From positions 11,966 to 75,965 of the forward strand of contig JAHFML010000001.1 of the NCBI GenBank assembly GCA_023269085.1: DNA of 64,000 nt, in the 5' to 3' direction. The stretch is from a bacterium. Its GTDB lineage: Bacteria; Patescibacteriota; Minisyncoccia; Phycocordibacterales; Phycocordibacteraceae. The notes under the pieces are model-generated. The model searched no databases. It saw only the letters and a program-made list of their open reading frames with translations, and was not told the origin of the DNA. The translations under genes were made by a program, and so were the position numbers. Shown here in pieces: positions 48,677 to 57,687 of this stretch. Each line of letters opens with the position of its first letter. Position 1 is the first letter of the stretch.

Positions 48677-49158
48677 GAGGGCACAGTCGCACTGGCCTGC
48701 AAGCGGCGCGTCGCGACGAGCGAGGTTATATACGCGAGGATGAAGAAGATCATGCCGGTGAAGCAGGGGCTCGCGAGCGGCGAGAGGCCCGGCGTGCAGG
48801 AGACCGAGATCGCACCCGCGATGACCTTGTAGTAGATCAGCACCTCATACGCGACGACCGTCGCCGCGAAGACAGAACAGCAGAGCAAGAAGATGCTCAA
48901 ACGCTTCTCGCGCAGATACGTCGTCGTCTGATAGACCGAGAGCGACCACACCAAGGCGACGATGAAGCCGAGAGAGCCGTAGAGGCAGGCCGTCTTGAGC
49001 GGATTCGGCACGGTGCACCCGACGAAGTGGAAGAAGGTGTGATAGGTCGCGTAGAAGGTCGTCACTTGCGGCACGAGCTTTGACCACGCGAACATCGAGC
49101 CGACTAAGAGGAACACGGTCTGGAGGGCGACGAGCCCGCGCGCTTGGGTGGTAGGCAT
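48673..49158 (-). CDS. Cys-containing membrane protein (VKOR/DsbB-like)
   Basis: Four TMs with paired cysteines. Confidence 0.6.
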   Translation of the reverse strand: MPTTQARGLVALQTVFLLVGSMFAWSKLVPQVTTFYATYHTFFHFVGCTVPNPLKTACLYGSLGFIVALVWSLSVYQTTTYLREKRLSIFLLCCSVFAATVVAYEVLIYYKVIAGAISVSCTPGLSPLASPCFTGMIFFILAYITSLVATRRLQASATVPS

Positions 49159-49171
49159 GTGAGATGATGTG

Positions 49172-49354
49172 CTAATTGGTTTCGCGACACTCTTGCACTA
49201 CTCTACGCTGTTCTGCATTCGCTTCACGCAATACCTGACGAATGACCTTTGCTTTGTGACCAGAAGATTTGCTAAAGAAATCCGAAAAATCGCTAGAGGT
49301 TTTCTTCCCTCCGCTCCGGAAAGCACCGAAAAATCCTTTTATTTCATTGGTCAT
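49172..49354 (-). CDS. Small protein coupled to the zeta toxin gene
   Basis: ATGA overlap with the zeta-like ORF. Confidence 0.6.
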   Translation of the reverse strand: MTNEIKGFFGAFRSGGKKTSSDFSDFFSKSSGHKAKVIRQVLREANAEQRRVVQECRETN

Positions 49355-50055
49355 ACAAGTATCTCAGTGAGTACATCTACAGAGTAGCGGTCATCTGCCA
49401 GACGGTCAAGCTCATTTGCAGGAACATTCAATCGCACTTCTCCCTCGTTCGCCGCATAATTTTTGATGAGAATGTTCAGTTCAATATTCTTACCAAACAT
49501 ATCCTTTACGATTCGGACATTGGCACGCGACTCAAAGAATGCATTGATGAAGACTTCTTTGGAGATTCGACGCGCTTCGCGTACCTCACGTGCTTTGGTA
49601 AACTCCCAAGCACGTATCGGATCTTGATATATAAACCAAATCTCGATCTTTCGTCCGTGTTTTAACGACCTTTCAATATTCTCAGAAGCTCCCGCATAGA
49701 TAAACGTGCTATCCATAATGCAGTTTATCTCTTTATCGAGAGCATAATCGTACAAGAAGTTAACCCCCTTGTTTGCCGCCTTTTGGAAGAGGTGCGCGTT
49801 ACCCCCAAGATAGCTGGGGCATAAACTTCGTATTTCATCCGCGTCTATGCGTACGGGCGTATCTCTAAATCTTCTGACCAGACCCTTCGACACTTCCGTC
49901 TTACCTGCTCCGGGAGAACCCGCCATAAAGAGCGAGACCGGATTGGTGACGGCATGGCAGAGAGAGGGCGGACAAAACGTGTCGAGAACAAGCTTTTTAT
50001 TATGTTTGATGAATTCGAGTGCCTCATCCTCAATACGCTTTTCTTCTTCAGTCAT
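49351..50055 (-). CDS. Zeta toxin family P-loop kinase
   Basis: MAGSPGAGKT, IDADEIR, MDST. Confidence 0.85.
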   Translation of the reverse strand: MTEEEKRIEDEALEFIKHNKKLVLDTFCPPSLCHAVTNPVSLFMAGSPGAGKTEVSKGLVRRFRDTPVRIDADEIRSLCPSYLGGNAHLFQKAANKGVNFLYDYALDKEINCIMDSTFIYAGASENIERSLKHGRKIEIWFIYQDPIRAWEFTKAREVREARRISKEVFINAFFESRANVRIVKDMFGKNIELNILIKNYAANEGEVRLNVPANELDRLADDRYSVDVLTEILV

Positions 50056-50087
50056 GTCTCCATTCTACCTCGCGCCGGCCGCAGTTT

Positions 50088-51311
50088 CTATGAAAATCCC
50101 TCGTTATACTCCTTCAAGCGTTCGGCAGGATCGCAGAATTCGACACCCACAGGATCGAACTCCTTCGGATCAAATTCTTCTCCCTCCTCGAGCATGAGCC
50201 ACTCGCGCATATCGGCATATTCTCCATGCGTGGGATTCTTAAGAATTCTTTGCAAGTCGTCATATCCGCCAACGCCGCCGCAATCTTCTGGCGGGCAGGC
50301 ATTCTTACCGCCGGTGCATTGCGGGTAGGTTGATCCATTTTCGCGTGAGGCCTCGCCTTCAAAGAGCACGGTGTGATCCCATCCGTCGCCAAAGTCGTAC
50401 TCATAGACGCACTGTTGCATGCGTGATCCGAACCAATTCGCGACGCATTCTTTTCGTTCATCAAAAGTCTCACCCGGTTCTCTCTCTGCTTCTGCATTTG
50501 GGAACTCGATATACAAAGTCTCGCCCCGCGCACCATTTCGCTTCGATTTCGTCTGACTACGCGTGTCAATGCGAAAGGCGTGCAAATGGCTGTCCGTCCA
50601 GCCCATCGCATCTTGAATAGCACAGTGTAGATCAAAAAAGGTGTATGCCGCCGGCACGACTATTCGCCGCCACACCTTGGGCGTGCTGTCATTAAGCGTT
50701 ACCTTGAAGGTCATCACGCGAGAACCATCGGCGCGATGCTTCACTTGTCGTTCAACATTCTGCATAACCTCTTCCGTCTTGAACGCATCCATGAGCTTCT
50801 CGTGATCACCGCCCTCTCCCTTGCGGATAAGATCGCAGACCGCGCAATTATCGCACCCTTCAAACTCGGCTTTGATAGAAACATACGGATTCTCAATGAG
50901 CCAGTGGTGTAGATACTTCCCCGCCTCGTCATCAACATATTGCTCCCACGCGTCGATCCACCCATCGCCATGCTCCTCGAGAAATTCTTCCATTGCTCGC
51001 CATCCGCCCGTAACGAGGATAGGGCGTGCGCGCGACGCCTCGCTTGGCGCCATAACTTCTAGGATAGAATCGATGAAATCACGAGCCATGCTACCACGCT
51101 CCGCATCAGTAAACCGTTCAACCGAAAGATAGCGCTTCGTCGCTCCGATCTCCTTGACCCAGCATTCGAGACTTTTTGCTGAGGAGATCTCGATGAGCGC
51201 TCCTGTCTCGGTATCCAGATACACCCGTGGATATTCGCCGTCAAAAAGCATCGCGTCTGCCAATCGTTCTACATCGACAGGCACGCCGTTCGGCAATAGG
51301 TATTCGTACAT
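50088..51311 (-). CDS. pRiA4b ORF-3 family protein with N-terminal extension (UPF0158-like)
   Basis: VWRRIVVP, LHCAIQDAMGW...HLH.F, YEYDFGDGW.H, CPPEDCGG. Confidence 0.88.
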   Translation of the reverse strand: MYEYLLPNGVPVDVERLADAMLFDGEYPRVYLDTETGALIEISSAKSLECWVKEIGATKRYLSVERFTDAERGSMARDFIDSILEVMAPSEASRARPILVTGGWRAMEEFLEEHGDGWIDAWEQYVDDEAGKYLHHWLIENPYVSIKAEFEGCDNCAVCDLIRKGEGGDHEKLMDAFKTEEVMQNVERQVKHRADGSRVMTFKVTLNDSTPKVWRRIVVPAAYTFFDLHCAIQDAMGWTDSHLHAFRIDTRSQTKSKRNGARGETLYIEFPNAEAEREPGETFDERKECVANWFGSRMQQCVYEYDFGDGWDHTVLFEGEASRENGSTYPQCTGGKNACPPEDCGGVGGYDDLQRILKNPTHGEYADMREWLMLEEGEEFDPKEFDPVGVEFCDPAERLKEYNEGFS

Positions 51312-51395
51312 ACCCTGTCAGAATATGCTTTCCCTACCTTTCTCGCAACTGCGCCATGCGGTGTCTTTCTGTGTTTGTTTTGATATACTGGAGCT

Positions 51396-52433
51396 ATGGA
51401 CAAAAAATCACTCATTTCGGGAATAGAGAGGCAACGCGGCTCGCAGGTTATCACCTATATAACGAGCGACCGCCCGGGGCCAGTCGGTGCGCGCGTCGCG
51501 CCAGACATCATCCCGCTTTTCAGCAAGCAACTGCGCGAGATCGCTCCCGCCGGCAAGGTGCCCAAGATTGATCTCTTCATCTACAGCGCGGGTGGCGACA
51601 CGATGGTCCCCTGGCGGCTCGTCTCGATGATCCGTGAACACTGCGATCAGTTCTCGGTACTCGTCCCCTACAAGGCGCACAGCGCGGCGACGATGATCGC
51701 GCTCGGCGCGGACGAGATAGTGATGAGCGACCTCTCGGAGATCTCGCCCATCGACCCTTCGACCGCGAATGTCTTCAACCCGCCCGAGCCCGGCAATCCG
51801 CAAGGGCGCATCCCCATCTCGGTCGAGGATGTCATCGCCTACTTCGACCTCGCCAAGAATAAGTTCGGCATCAAGAGCGACGAAGATCTGACCAAGATCT
51901 TTGTGCAATTCATCGAGGCGAGCCCCGAGGTGCACCCGCTCGCGCTCGGCAACGTCAACCGCACGCACAATCTCATCCGCCTTATCGCCAAGCGCCTCTT
52001 GAAGAGTCACAACAAGCCGCTTCGCGACGATGAGATCGAGAAGGTCGTCGAATACTTCACCGAGAAGCTCTACAGCCACCAATACTTCATCGGCCGAAAG
52101 GAGGCGCGCGAGGAGCTCGGCGTGAAGTCGGTCATCGATGCTCCCGCTGAGCTCGCTACAGCAATGAACGATCTTTATGAAGTCTATCGCGAAGAGATGG
52201 GCCTCGGCGCGACCGTCTGGAACCCCGAGTTCGAGCTCGGCGCGAACACGAGCCAGAAGCAGGTAACCTATCCAATAGCGATTATTGAGAGCACTACACT
52301 CGCGAACCGCTTCGAGACGACAATCGAATTCAAGCGCCAGCAGGCGATGGTCCAACAACAGACCCCCGCCGGTATGATGCAAGTCCCGCAAGAGCAGGTC
52401 GGCTTCCGCGTCCTCGAGCAGGGGTGGAGGTAA
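51396..52433 (+). CDS. SDH/ClpP-like serine protease
   Basis: S.GGD, KAHSAATMIALGADEI.M...S.I.PIDP, YSH. Confidence 0.85.
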   Translation: MDKKSLISGIERQRGSQVITYITSDRPGPVGARVAPDIIPLFSKQLREIAPAGKVPKIDLFIYSAGGDTMVPWRLVSMIREHCDQFSVLVPYKAHSAATMIALGADEIVMSDLSEISPIDPSTANVFNPPEPGNPQGRIPISVEDVIAYFDLAKNKFGIKSDEDLTKIFVQFIEASPEVHPLALGNVNRTHNLIRLIAKRLLKSHNKPLRDDEIEKVVEYFTEKLYSHQYFIGRKEAREELGVKSVIDAPAELATAMNDLYEVYREEMGLGATVWNPEFELGANTSQKQVTYPIAIIESTTLANRFETTIEFKRQQAMVQQQTPAGMMQVPQEQVGFRVLEQGWR

Positions 52434-52451
52434 TTTTTGTTTGTTCACGAC

Positions 52452-53168
52452 ATGCTGGTTTTTATCGACGAAACGGGAGATCATGATTTGGTAAAGATCG
52501 ACCCGCAATATCCGCTCTTTGGTCTCGGCGCGCTTTTGATAGATGAAAAAGAATACGCCAGACTCGACGCGAAAATTCGAGCGCTGAAAGAAGAATATTT
52601 CGAGAGCGCCGACTTCATACTCCATTCATCCGAACTTAAGCGCCCTACAGACAAGCGGAGTGATCCACGCAACGCGGTGATGCTCGACGCGACAATCAGA
52701 CGACGATTTTATGAAGCGTTCGATGCGCAAATTATTTCCGCCTTCAATTTCAAGCTTGTCGCCTGCTTCATCCACAAGCCGACAATGGTTGGCACCTACA
52801 AATTCCCCGCCGATCCATATTATTTCTCATTTGAGAATCTGCTCAATCGTATCTTGCGTCATGGCGGAGAGAAAAATCTAATCCGTGCGGAGAAGAGAGG
52901 CGACCGGCTCGACACGGAGCTCATCGCAGAATATGAGCGGCTCTTGAAGGTCGGCCTGCGTTTCTATCCTGCAGACACACTCGCAAAGCGCACGACACTG
53001 GAGCTTGTCGCGAAAAAGGATTGTGTGAATGGTTTGCAGATCATAGACCTCATACTCGCCTCTCTCGCGCGGGACTTTCTCGGGAAGACTGCGAAAATGG
53101 TAGGGAACGATCCGTCCCCCACCTTGCTCAAAAAGAAATACGCCTGCCCGTCGACCGTCTTCCCCTAG
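52452..53168 (+). CDS. DUF3800 family protein (RNase H-like fold)
   Basis: FIDETG N-terminal motif, LHSSE, GLQIID C-terminal motif. Confidence 0.85.
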   Translation: MLVFIDETGDHDLVKIDPQYPLFGLGALLIDEKEYARLDAKIRALKEEYFESADFILHSSELKRPTDKRSDPRNAVMLDATIRRRFYEAFDAQIISAFNFKLVACFIHKPTMVGTYKFPADPYYFSFENLLNRILRHGGEKNLIRAEKRGDRLDTELIAEYERLLKVGLRFYPADTLAKRTTLELVAKKDCVNGLQIIDLILASLARDFLGKTAKMVGNDPSPTLLKKKYACPSTVFP

Positions 53169-53184
53169 TTCTATCCCTTGTATG

Positions 53185-53233
53185 AAAAGGGGCAAGGGAG
53201 CCCCCCGCATACGCAGTGAGCTCCCTCTGCCTT
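53185..53233 (-). ncRNA. Candidate DUF3800-associated small hairpin RNA, convergent with the gene
   Basis: GGCAGAGGGAGCUC-A-CUGC-GUAU-GCGG-GGGGCUCCCUUGCC then UUUU; extended -10 TGCTATATT just upstream. Confidence 0.55.
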
Positions 53234-53399
53234 ATTCCCAATATAGCACATCTTCTGCGGTCAAGCGAATGTTGTGGAAACCACCGCCCGTCCTCGCATC
53301 TCCAATTTCAACTTGCGTGCCTACTGTGCAGGAGTAGAATGAGCGCATGAGCACCCTACACGCGTTCGCTTTATATATTTTTGAGCAAGATAAAAAATT

Positions 53400-53777
53400 A
53401 TGAGACAGGAATTTGTGATAGTTTGTGAGTCGGCCATTGTCGCAAAAGATACCGGGAATCTTTACATCCTCGGTATTTTCGAAAATGTTTCCGTACCGGG
53501 CGTTCCAGTTCTGCAACCAAAATTAGTTGTAGTTACTCGCTTTAGTGAAGCAACAGGAGAACATAAACATGAGATAGTTATACGTCACGACTCTGGCATA
53601 GAAACAGCCCGTTTGCAGGGAAAAATAAATTTTGGCACAAACAATAAAGCCCAATATATCGGGACTTTTATTGGTCTTACCTTCCCTAAGATAGGGATGT
53701 ACTATATCGAAATCTATGCTGATGGCATACTACAGCCGATGAAAGGAGAGTTTAATGTCAATATCGTCCATCAATAA
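53400..53777 (+). CDS. DUF6941-like beta-sandwich protein
   Basis: VCE.A..D.GNL.ILGIFE and F...G.Y.I pattern. Confidence 0.7.
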   Translation: MRQEFVIVCESAIVAKDTGNLYILGIFENVSVPGVPVLQPKLVVVTRFSEATGEHKHEIVIRHDSGIETARLQGKINFGTNNKAQYIGTFIGLTFPKIGMYYIEIYADGILQPMKGEFNVNIVHQ

Positions 53778-53778
53778 A

Positions 53779-54084
53779 ATGCCTGTAACAAATACCAGTC
53801 AAAATGAAGACACTGTAGAGCCGCAGTCAAAATTAGGGTCAGAAACTGGAACAAGCGGTACAGAAGGGGACAGTAAAGACCTAACACGAGACCTCGCTGA
53901 AGTGTTTGCCAAGATTCCACTACCGAGACTGTTCCTATTATTAATGTTTCTTTCCTATATGGTAGTTGCTTTTAGTAAGGGCCAACAAGGTATTGGGTAT
54001 CGAGACTTTTTTCTCTTGATTGGTTTTACACTAATTGCTTCAATATTTCATTTTTTCCTTAAGCGGTGGCTCGGGAGCAGATAA
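53779..54084 (+). CDS. Small two-TM hypothetical protein
   Basis: Follows the previous ORF directly. Confidence 0.55.
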   Translation: MPVTNTSQNEDTVEPQSKLGSETGTSGTEGDSKDLTRDLAEVFAKIPLPRLFLLLMFLSYMVVAFSKGQQGIGYRDFFLLIGFTLIASIFHFFLKRWLGSR

Positions 54085-54108
54085 TATCTTGTTGTTATCT
54101 GATCAATC

Positions 54109-54160
54109 TCCCGCATAACCCGCCCCGTCTCGGCGAGAGCGACGATGATTTGCTGATAAT
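54109..54160 (-). repeat. Repeat copy 1: orphan 3' tail resembling the type ISP RM C-terminus
   Basis: Encodes YYQQIIVALAETGRVMREIDQ; near-identical to 54642-54690. Confidence 0.65.
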
Positions 54161-54183
54161 ACTCGAGGTCAGCAACAACTTGC

Positions 54184-54594
54184 TTATGAATGGCGGATTC
54201 CGAAATGCTGTAAGAACTCAAGAGTCGTTGTCGAATAGCCACTTGGCACTATGGAAACCGTAAAACCAGACATCTCTAACGCATTCGCCACAGATACGGT
54301 AGCTGTTTGATTTTCTATCAACAAAGAGTCCATTAGGCGGTAGCGAAAGAAATGTCCGTCTTCACCCTGATTCACGTATAGAGGATCAACGGTAAACGAT
54401 GATAGCGGCTTGAAAATATCCTGAAGGATCATCTGTCCGGTGTTTGACTGTTGTATAGCTCGCGCTTCCACATACACTTGCCCGCCTGACATAAATGCCT
54501 CCGCCAAAGTTATTGAGGAAGAAGAATCAGAAACGGAAAACGTCCCGCTTCCAAAGGAACCTTCTGCACCGAGAATTACAACAGACGTTGTCAT
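54184..54594 (-). CDS. Hypothetical protein
   Basis: 136 aa; TGGTATACT 5 nt before ATG. Confidence 0.55.
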   Translation of the reverse strand: MTTSVVILGAEGSFGSGTFSVSDSSSSITLAEAFMSGGQVYVEARAIQQSNTGQMILQDIFKPLSSFTVDPLYVNQGEDGHFFRYRLMDSLLIENQTATVSVANALEMSGFTVSIVPSGYSTTTLEFLQHFGIRHS

Positions 54595-54641
54595 ATGAAC
54601 AGTATACCATAACGAGATTCTACTGCACGATTTTATTTATT

Positions 54642-54690
54642 TCCCGCATCACCCGCCCCGTCTCGGCGAGGGCGATGATTATTTTGTCGA
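54642..54690 (-). repeat. Repeat copy 2 of the same tail
   Basis: Encodes KIIIALAETGRVMREINKI then stop. Confidence 0.65.
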
Positions 54691-54699
54691 ATATTTTAC

Positions 54700-54927
54700 T
54701 TATCGTGGCGTAAGCCCAATCTCATATTCACCACCAGCACTATCCCAAGCACTTGAAATCTGATAAATACCAATAATGTGTTCAGTATTTATTTCATATT
54801 GGTAAGTCTTTTTGAAGAATTTCTTAAATGCGTCCACTTGATTTTCTTCATTTGAAATAACTATGACATCTGCGTCATTGCTATTTTCCATTTCATTGAA
54901 ATATTGAGCCAGATAAAGTTCGTGCAT
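54700..54927 (-). CDS. Small acidic hypothetical protein
   Basis: Directly downstream of the Mrr-like gene. Confidence 0.55.
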   Translation of the reverse strand: MHELYLAQYFNEMENSNDADVIVISNEENQVDAFKKFFKKTYQYEINTEHIIGIYQISSAWDSAGGEYEIGLTPR

Positions 54928-54936
54928 ATTAATTCA

Positions 54937-55947
54937 TTATAGAACATATCGTTCAACAGGAAAACTTGTTTCTCCGATAATATGATGGAGTTCATTTATA
55001 CCAATTAGATTAATCGGCGTCTTGTATTCGGAACCTGCCTCTCGAATAGCGCTAGCGGTAAAGTGACTCGTTGAAATAATTACTCCTTGCGTATTCAATC
55101 CCATACTCCCTCGCAAATTAGCGACTTCGTTTCTTCCTACGGAATGCTTCCATCTCTTGACTTGGAACGAGTACTGCAGATTTATTGAGACAGGATTTCT
55201 AAGTGTAGCGTTTACATCAACCCCATCATCTCCACTCTTTTTTGTAACGCGCACATCAGAAAAACCAACATGACTTATGAGATTACTCACAACCACTTCA
55301 AACCTATATGGATCTACCGTCATAAATTTCAGTTTCATCTTTTCAACATCTCTTAGTCTTTCTACCTCATGTGCGTCTATTGTCTCTGTTTCGGCAGCTT
55401 CTTTTGCTATGGAGGTATCACCTTCAAATGTATTCTCTTTAATCTTATTGAAAATGGGAGTGAACGGGTCTGTAAATTCTCCGATTTTAAGAGACGGGAT
55501 TTCTGATATTATTTTGAATTCAAAAACAAGGACTTTTCGCATAGATCCTTCATGATCAAGCTGATAATCCTCGTAGTGTCTCAACAGGTATAGGAATCCT
55601 ATAAATTTATATTTGTTTGTATCTTCTTTTATAAAACCTAGAATTGGTATTGGCTTGTCTATTTGTTCCAAAAGTCTTTTGTTTACACCGGAAATATGCT
55701 GTTCTCCTTTTAGTCCAGCGCCCGTGTATGTAAGAATATCTTCTTCGATACGATCTGCGTATGGATTTCTGATAGCATCTTTGTCTGCTTCTGTAGAAGT
55801 TATGAGAACAACGAAGTCCAATTCTTTTTGGGAGTTTAATTTTGGCCTTATCCCTCCAAGATTGGCAACGTCAAGCGCGTAATGAATTTGGTCATTTGTA
55901 TAATACTTACCGACTTCAAGTATCGTTGGTGTTACGAGTTGTCTCAT
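54937..55947 (-). CDS. Mrr-family restriction endonuclease with N-terminal SRA-like domain
   Basis: NPYAD...LTYTGAG..G.Q....N; C-terminal FE..V..L, SGDDGVD, QVKRW, FT..A. Confidence 0.8.
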   Translation of the reverse strand: MRQLVTPTILEVGKYYTNDQIHYALDVANLGGIRPKLNSQKELDFVVLITSTEADKDAIRNPYADRIEEDILTYTGAGLKGEQHISGVNKRLLEQIDKPIPILGFIKEDTNKYKFIGFLYLLRHYEDYQLDHEGSMRKVLVFEFKIISEIPSLKIGEFTDPFTPIFNKIKENTFEGDTSIAKEAAETETIDAHEVERLRDVEKMKLKFMTVDPYRFEVVVSNLISHVGFSDVRVTKKSGDDGVDVNATLRNPVSINLQYSFQVKRWKHSVGRNEVANLRGSMGLNTQGVIISTSHFTASAIREAGSEYKTPINLIGINELHHIIGETSFPVERYVL

Positions 55948-56063
55948 ATACAAAAAGAAACTTGCCTTCTGCTTTCAGAGAAGAGACGCGAGAGCGAACC
56001 CACGATCTTGAGCATCTCTTGATAGTAACCAACGCGTTCTGTGTCTTGATTGTTCAGAAACAT
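55944..56063 (-). pseudogene. Truncated 5' fragment resembling NgoFVII-family restriction endonucleases
   Basis: 39 aa MFLNNQ...YYQEMLKIVGSLSRLFSES then diverges. Confidence 0.4.
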
Positions 56064-56120
56064 GATTGAATCATACCAGAAATTCCTTTAAATCGCTTTA
56101 TGAAAAAGGAAGGACTGGTT

Positions 56121-56142
56121 TGTAGACACCTAGTGTCCTACA
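56121..56142. repeat. REP family A variant
   Basis: TGTAGACACCTAGTGTCCTACA shares the GACACCTAGTGTC core. Confidence 0.8.
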
Positions 56143-56512
56143 CTTCGGTGGGAACGGGCGCGGGCGCGGAGGAGCTTGAAGACTATGAGGAGCGCGCTGA
56201 TGACAGAGAAGACTTCGCCCATGAGGCGGGCGGCGTCGTCGCGATATACAGGAAGGCGAGCGGCAGAGCCCACACCACGAACTTGAGCCACGACTTGAAG
56301 ATCTCGCGCGGTACGAAAACGAGGATGATGGTGATGGGGAGGGTGTAGAGGGCGAAGAAATATAAAGGATATGTTATTTCTGGAATAATTTGCTCTATTA
56401 TTGTTCGATAACACATATGGTCAATACTTACACACCACTGACTAAAATTACCGAACCCGACAGCTATCAAAGCAACTACAGCAGGCACAAATTGCATCAT
56501 TCTTGATTTCAT
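56130..56512 (-). pseudogene. Frameshifted membrane protein, paralog of 56597-57025
   Basis: The last TM (LMGEVFSVISALLIVFKLLRAR...GH) lies in a different frame from the N-terminal part. Confidence 0.55.
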
Positions 56513-56587
56513 AATTTAGAAAAAGTTTATGAGAGCGGCCCAGAGCCTATGCAGGTTAGTATAAACCCCGCTCGCCAAATTCTAATT

Positions 56588-56609
56588 TGTAGACACCTAG
56601 TGTCCTATA
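56588..56609. repeat. REP family A variant
   Basis: TGTAGACACCTAGTGTCCTATA. Confidence 0.8.
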
Positions 56610-57025
56610 TTTCTGCGAGCACGGAGGAGGATGACAAGTGTGGTGATGATATAGACGATGCCAAGGAGCTGGGTCATCGCTTCGTAGTCCGGATGGCTCG
56701 ACGAGAGGAGCGAGAGGATGGATGTCGGGGAGAAGAAGATGACGGCAATAAGAGCGATCGGGAGGAACCAGCGGCTCATGCGCCACCACGCACGGAGGCC
56801 CGCCTCATTCGCAAAGAGGAGGATCACACCCGCGACCGCGAGCATCTCTCCCGCGGCGATGAGTGGCCAACCAATACTTACAGCAGCATCGGCTAAACAA
56901 ATATAATTCTGGTCTGCTTGTCTTGTACAGAAACCAAAAACAGTTGGGTCGCTTAAGAATTCACCAACTAAATACATAACCCCCGCAAGAGTCAGAAAAG
57001 ATAATTTCGGTTTCCAATTTTTCAT
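56597..57025 (-). CDS. Four-TM hypothetical membrane protein
   Basis: Cys pair loop, W...S.W.LP motif; ATGA overlap with the upstream ORF. Confidence 0.7.
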   Translation of the reverse strand: MKNWKPKLSFLTLAGVMYLVGEFLSDPTVFGFCTRQADQNYICLADAAVSIGWPLIAAGEMLAVAGVILLFANEAGLRAWWRMSRWFLPIALIAVIFFSPTSILSLLSSSHPDYEAMTQLLGIVYIITTLVILLRARRNIGH

Positions 57026-57687
57026 AAGATATGCGTGAGTGCGCTCCAGAGACGGCTCCACGCGCCCTGCCACCAATGATACACCGGCACGGTCGTTGTC
57101 GCTGAGTGCGAATCTGATAACGCCGCGGCGGCGGTCTGCGAAATAGCCGGCATCGATGACTTTTTGGGTGTGGCGAGAGTCGGGCGCGCTCTCATGATCG
57201 AAGCCGCATTGTGTGTCGAGCTCGCAGTGAGAAGCTGCTTGACTGGGACAACGCTTGCTGATACTGGCGCGCTCGTTGCAACTGGCGCAGAGCTATGAGT
57301 GGTGATAGGTACCGAGATGCTCCCCGGTGAAGAAGCCGCCACGGCGCGAGCCGGAGGAGCGGGTGGCTGATACGCGACGAGCGCCCCCGCCTTGGGCGTC
57401 ATGACACTGTCGGGCGTGCCGTCACCATTCAGATCGAGCGAGAGCGGCGAGAGTGTTTGTGTCGCGTCGAGTGAGAAGGTCGCCTGCGTGTTCGCGGTGA
57501 CGGGAATGTCGGCGAGCGTTGTCTCCCCCGTCACACCGCCGTCTGCATCGAGGCTCTGCACCTGGATATTCGCGAGCCCCGTGCCCGAGCCGCTCACTCG
57601 CACCGAGTAGGGCGCGCCCTGCGGCAGATAGATGAACTTCTCGTCGCCCGAGGTGGGGATAAAATAAAGAAGGTATACTGCGAGCAT
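57022..57687 (-). pseudogene. C-terminal fragment of a surface protein
   Basis: DLNGDGTPD motif and Pro/Ser/Thr linker; no signal peptide and no room for an N-terminus before the divergent gene. Confidence 0.5.

Noticed and set aside
9914-56609. Palindromic repeats as a CRISPR array
   Set aside because: Copies are dispersed, not regularly spaced with unique spacers, and no cas genes are present
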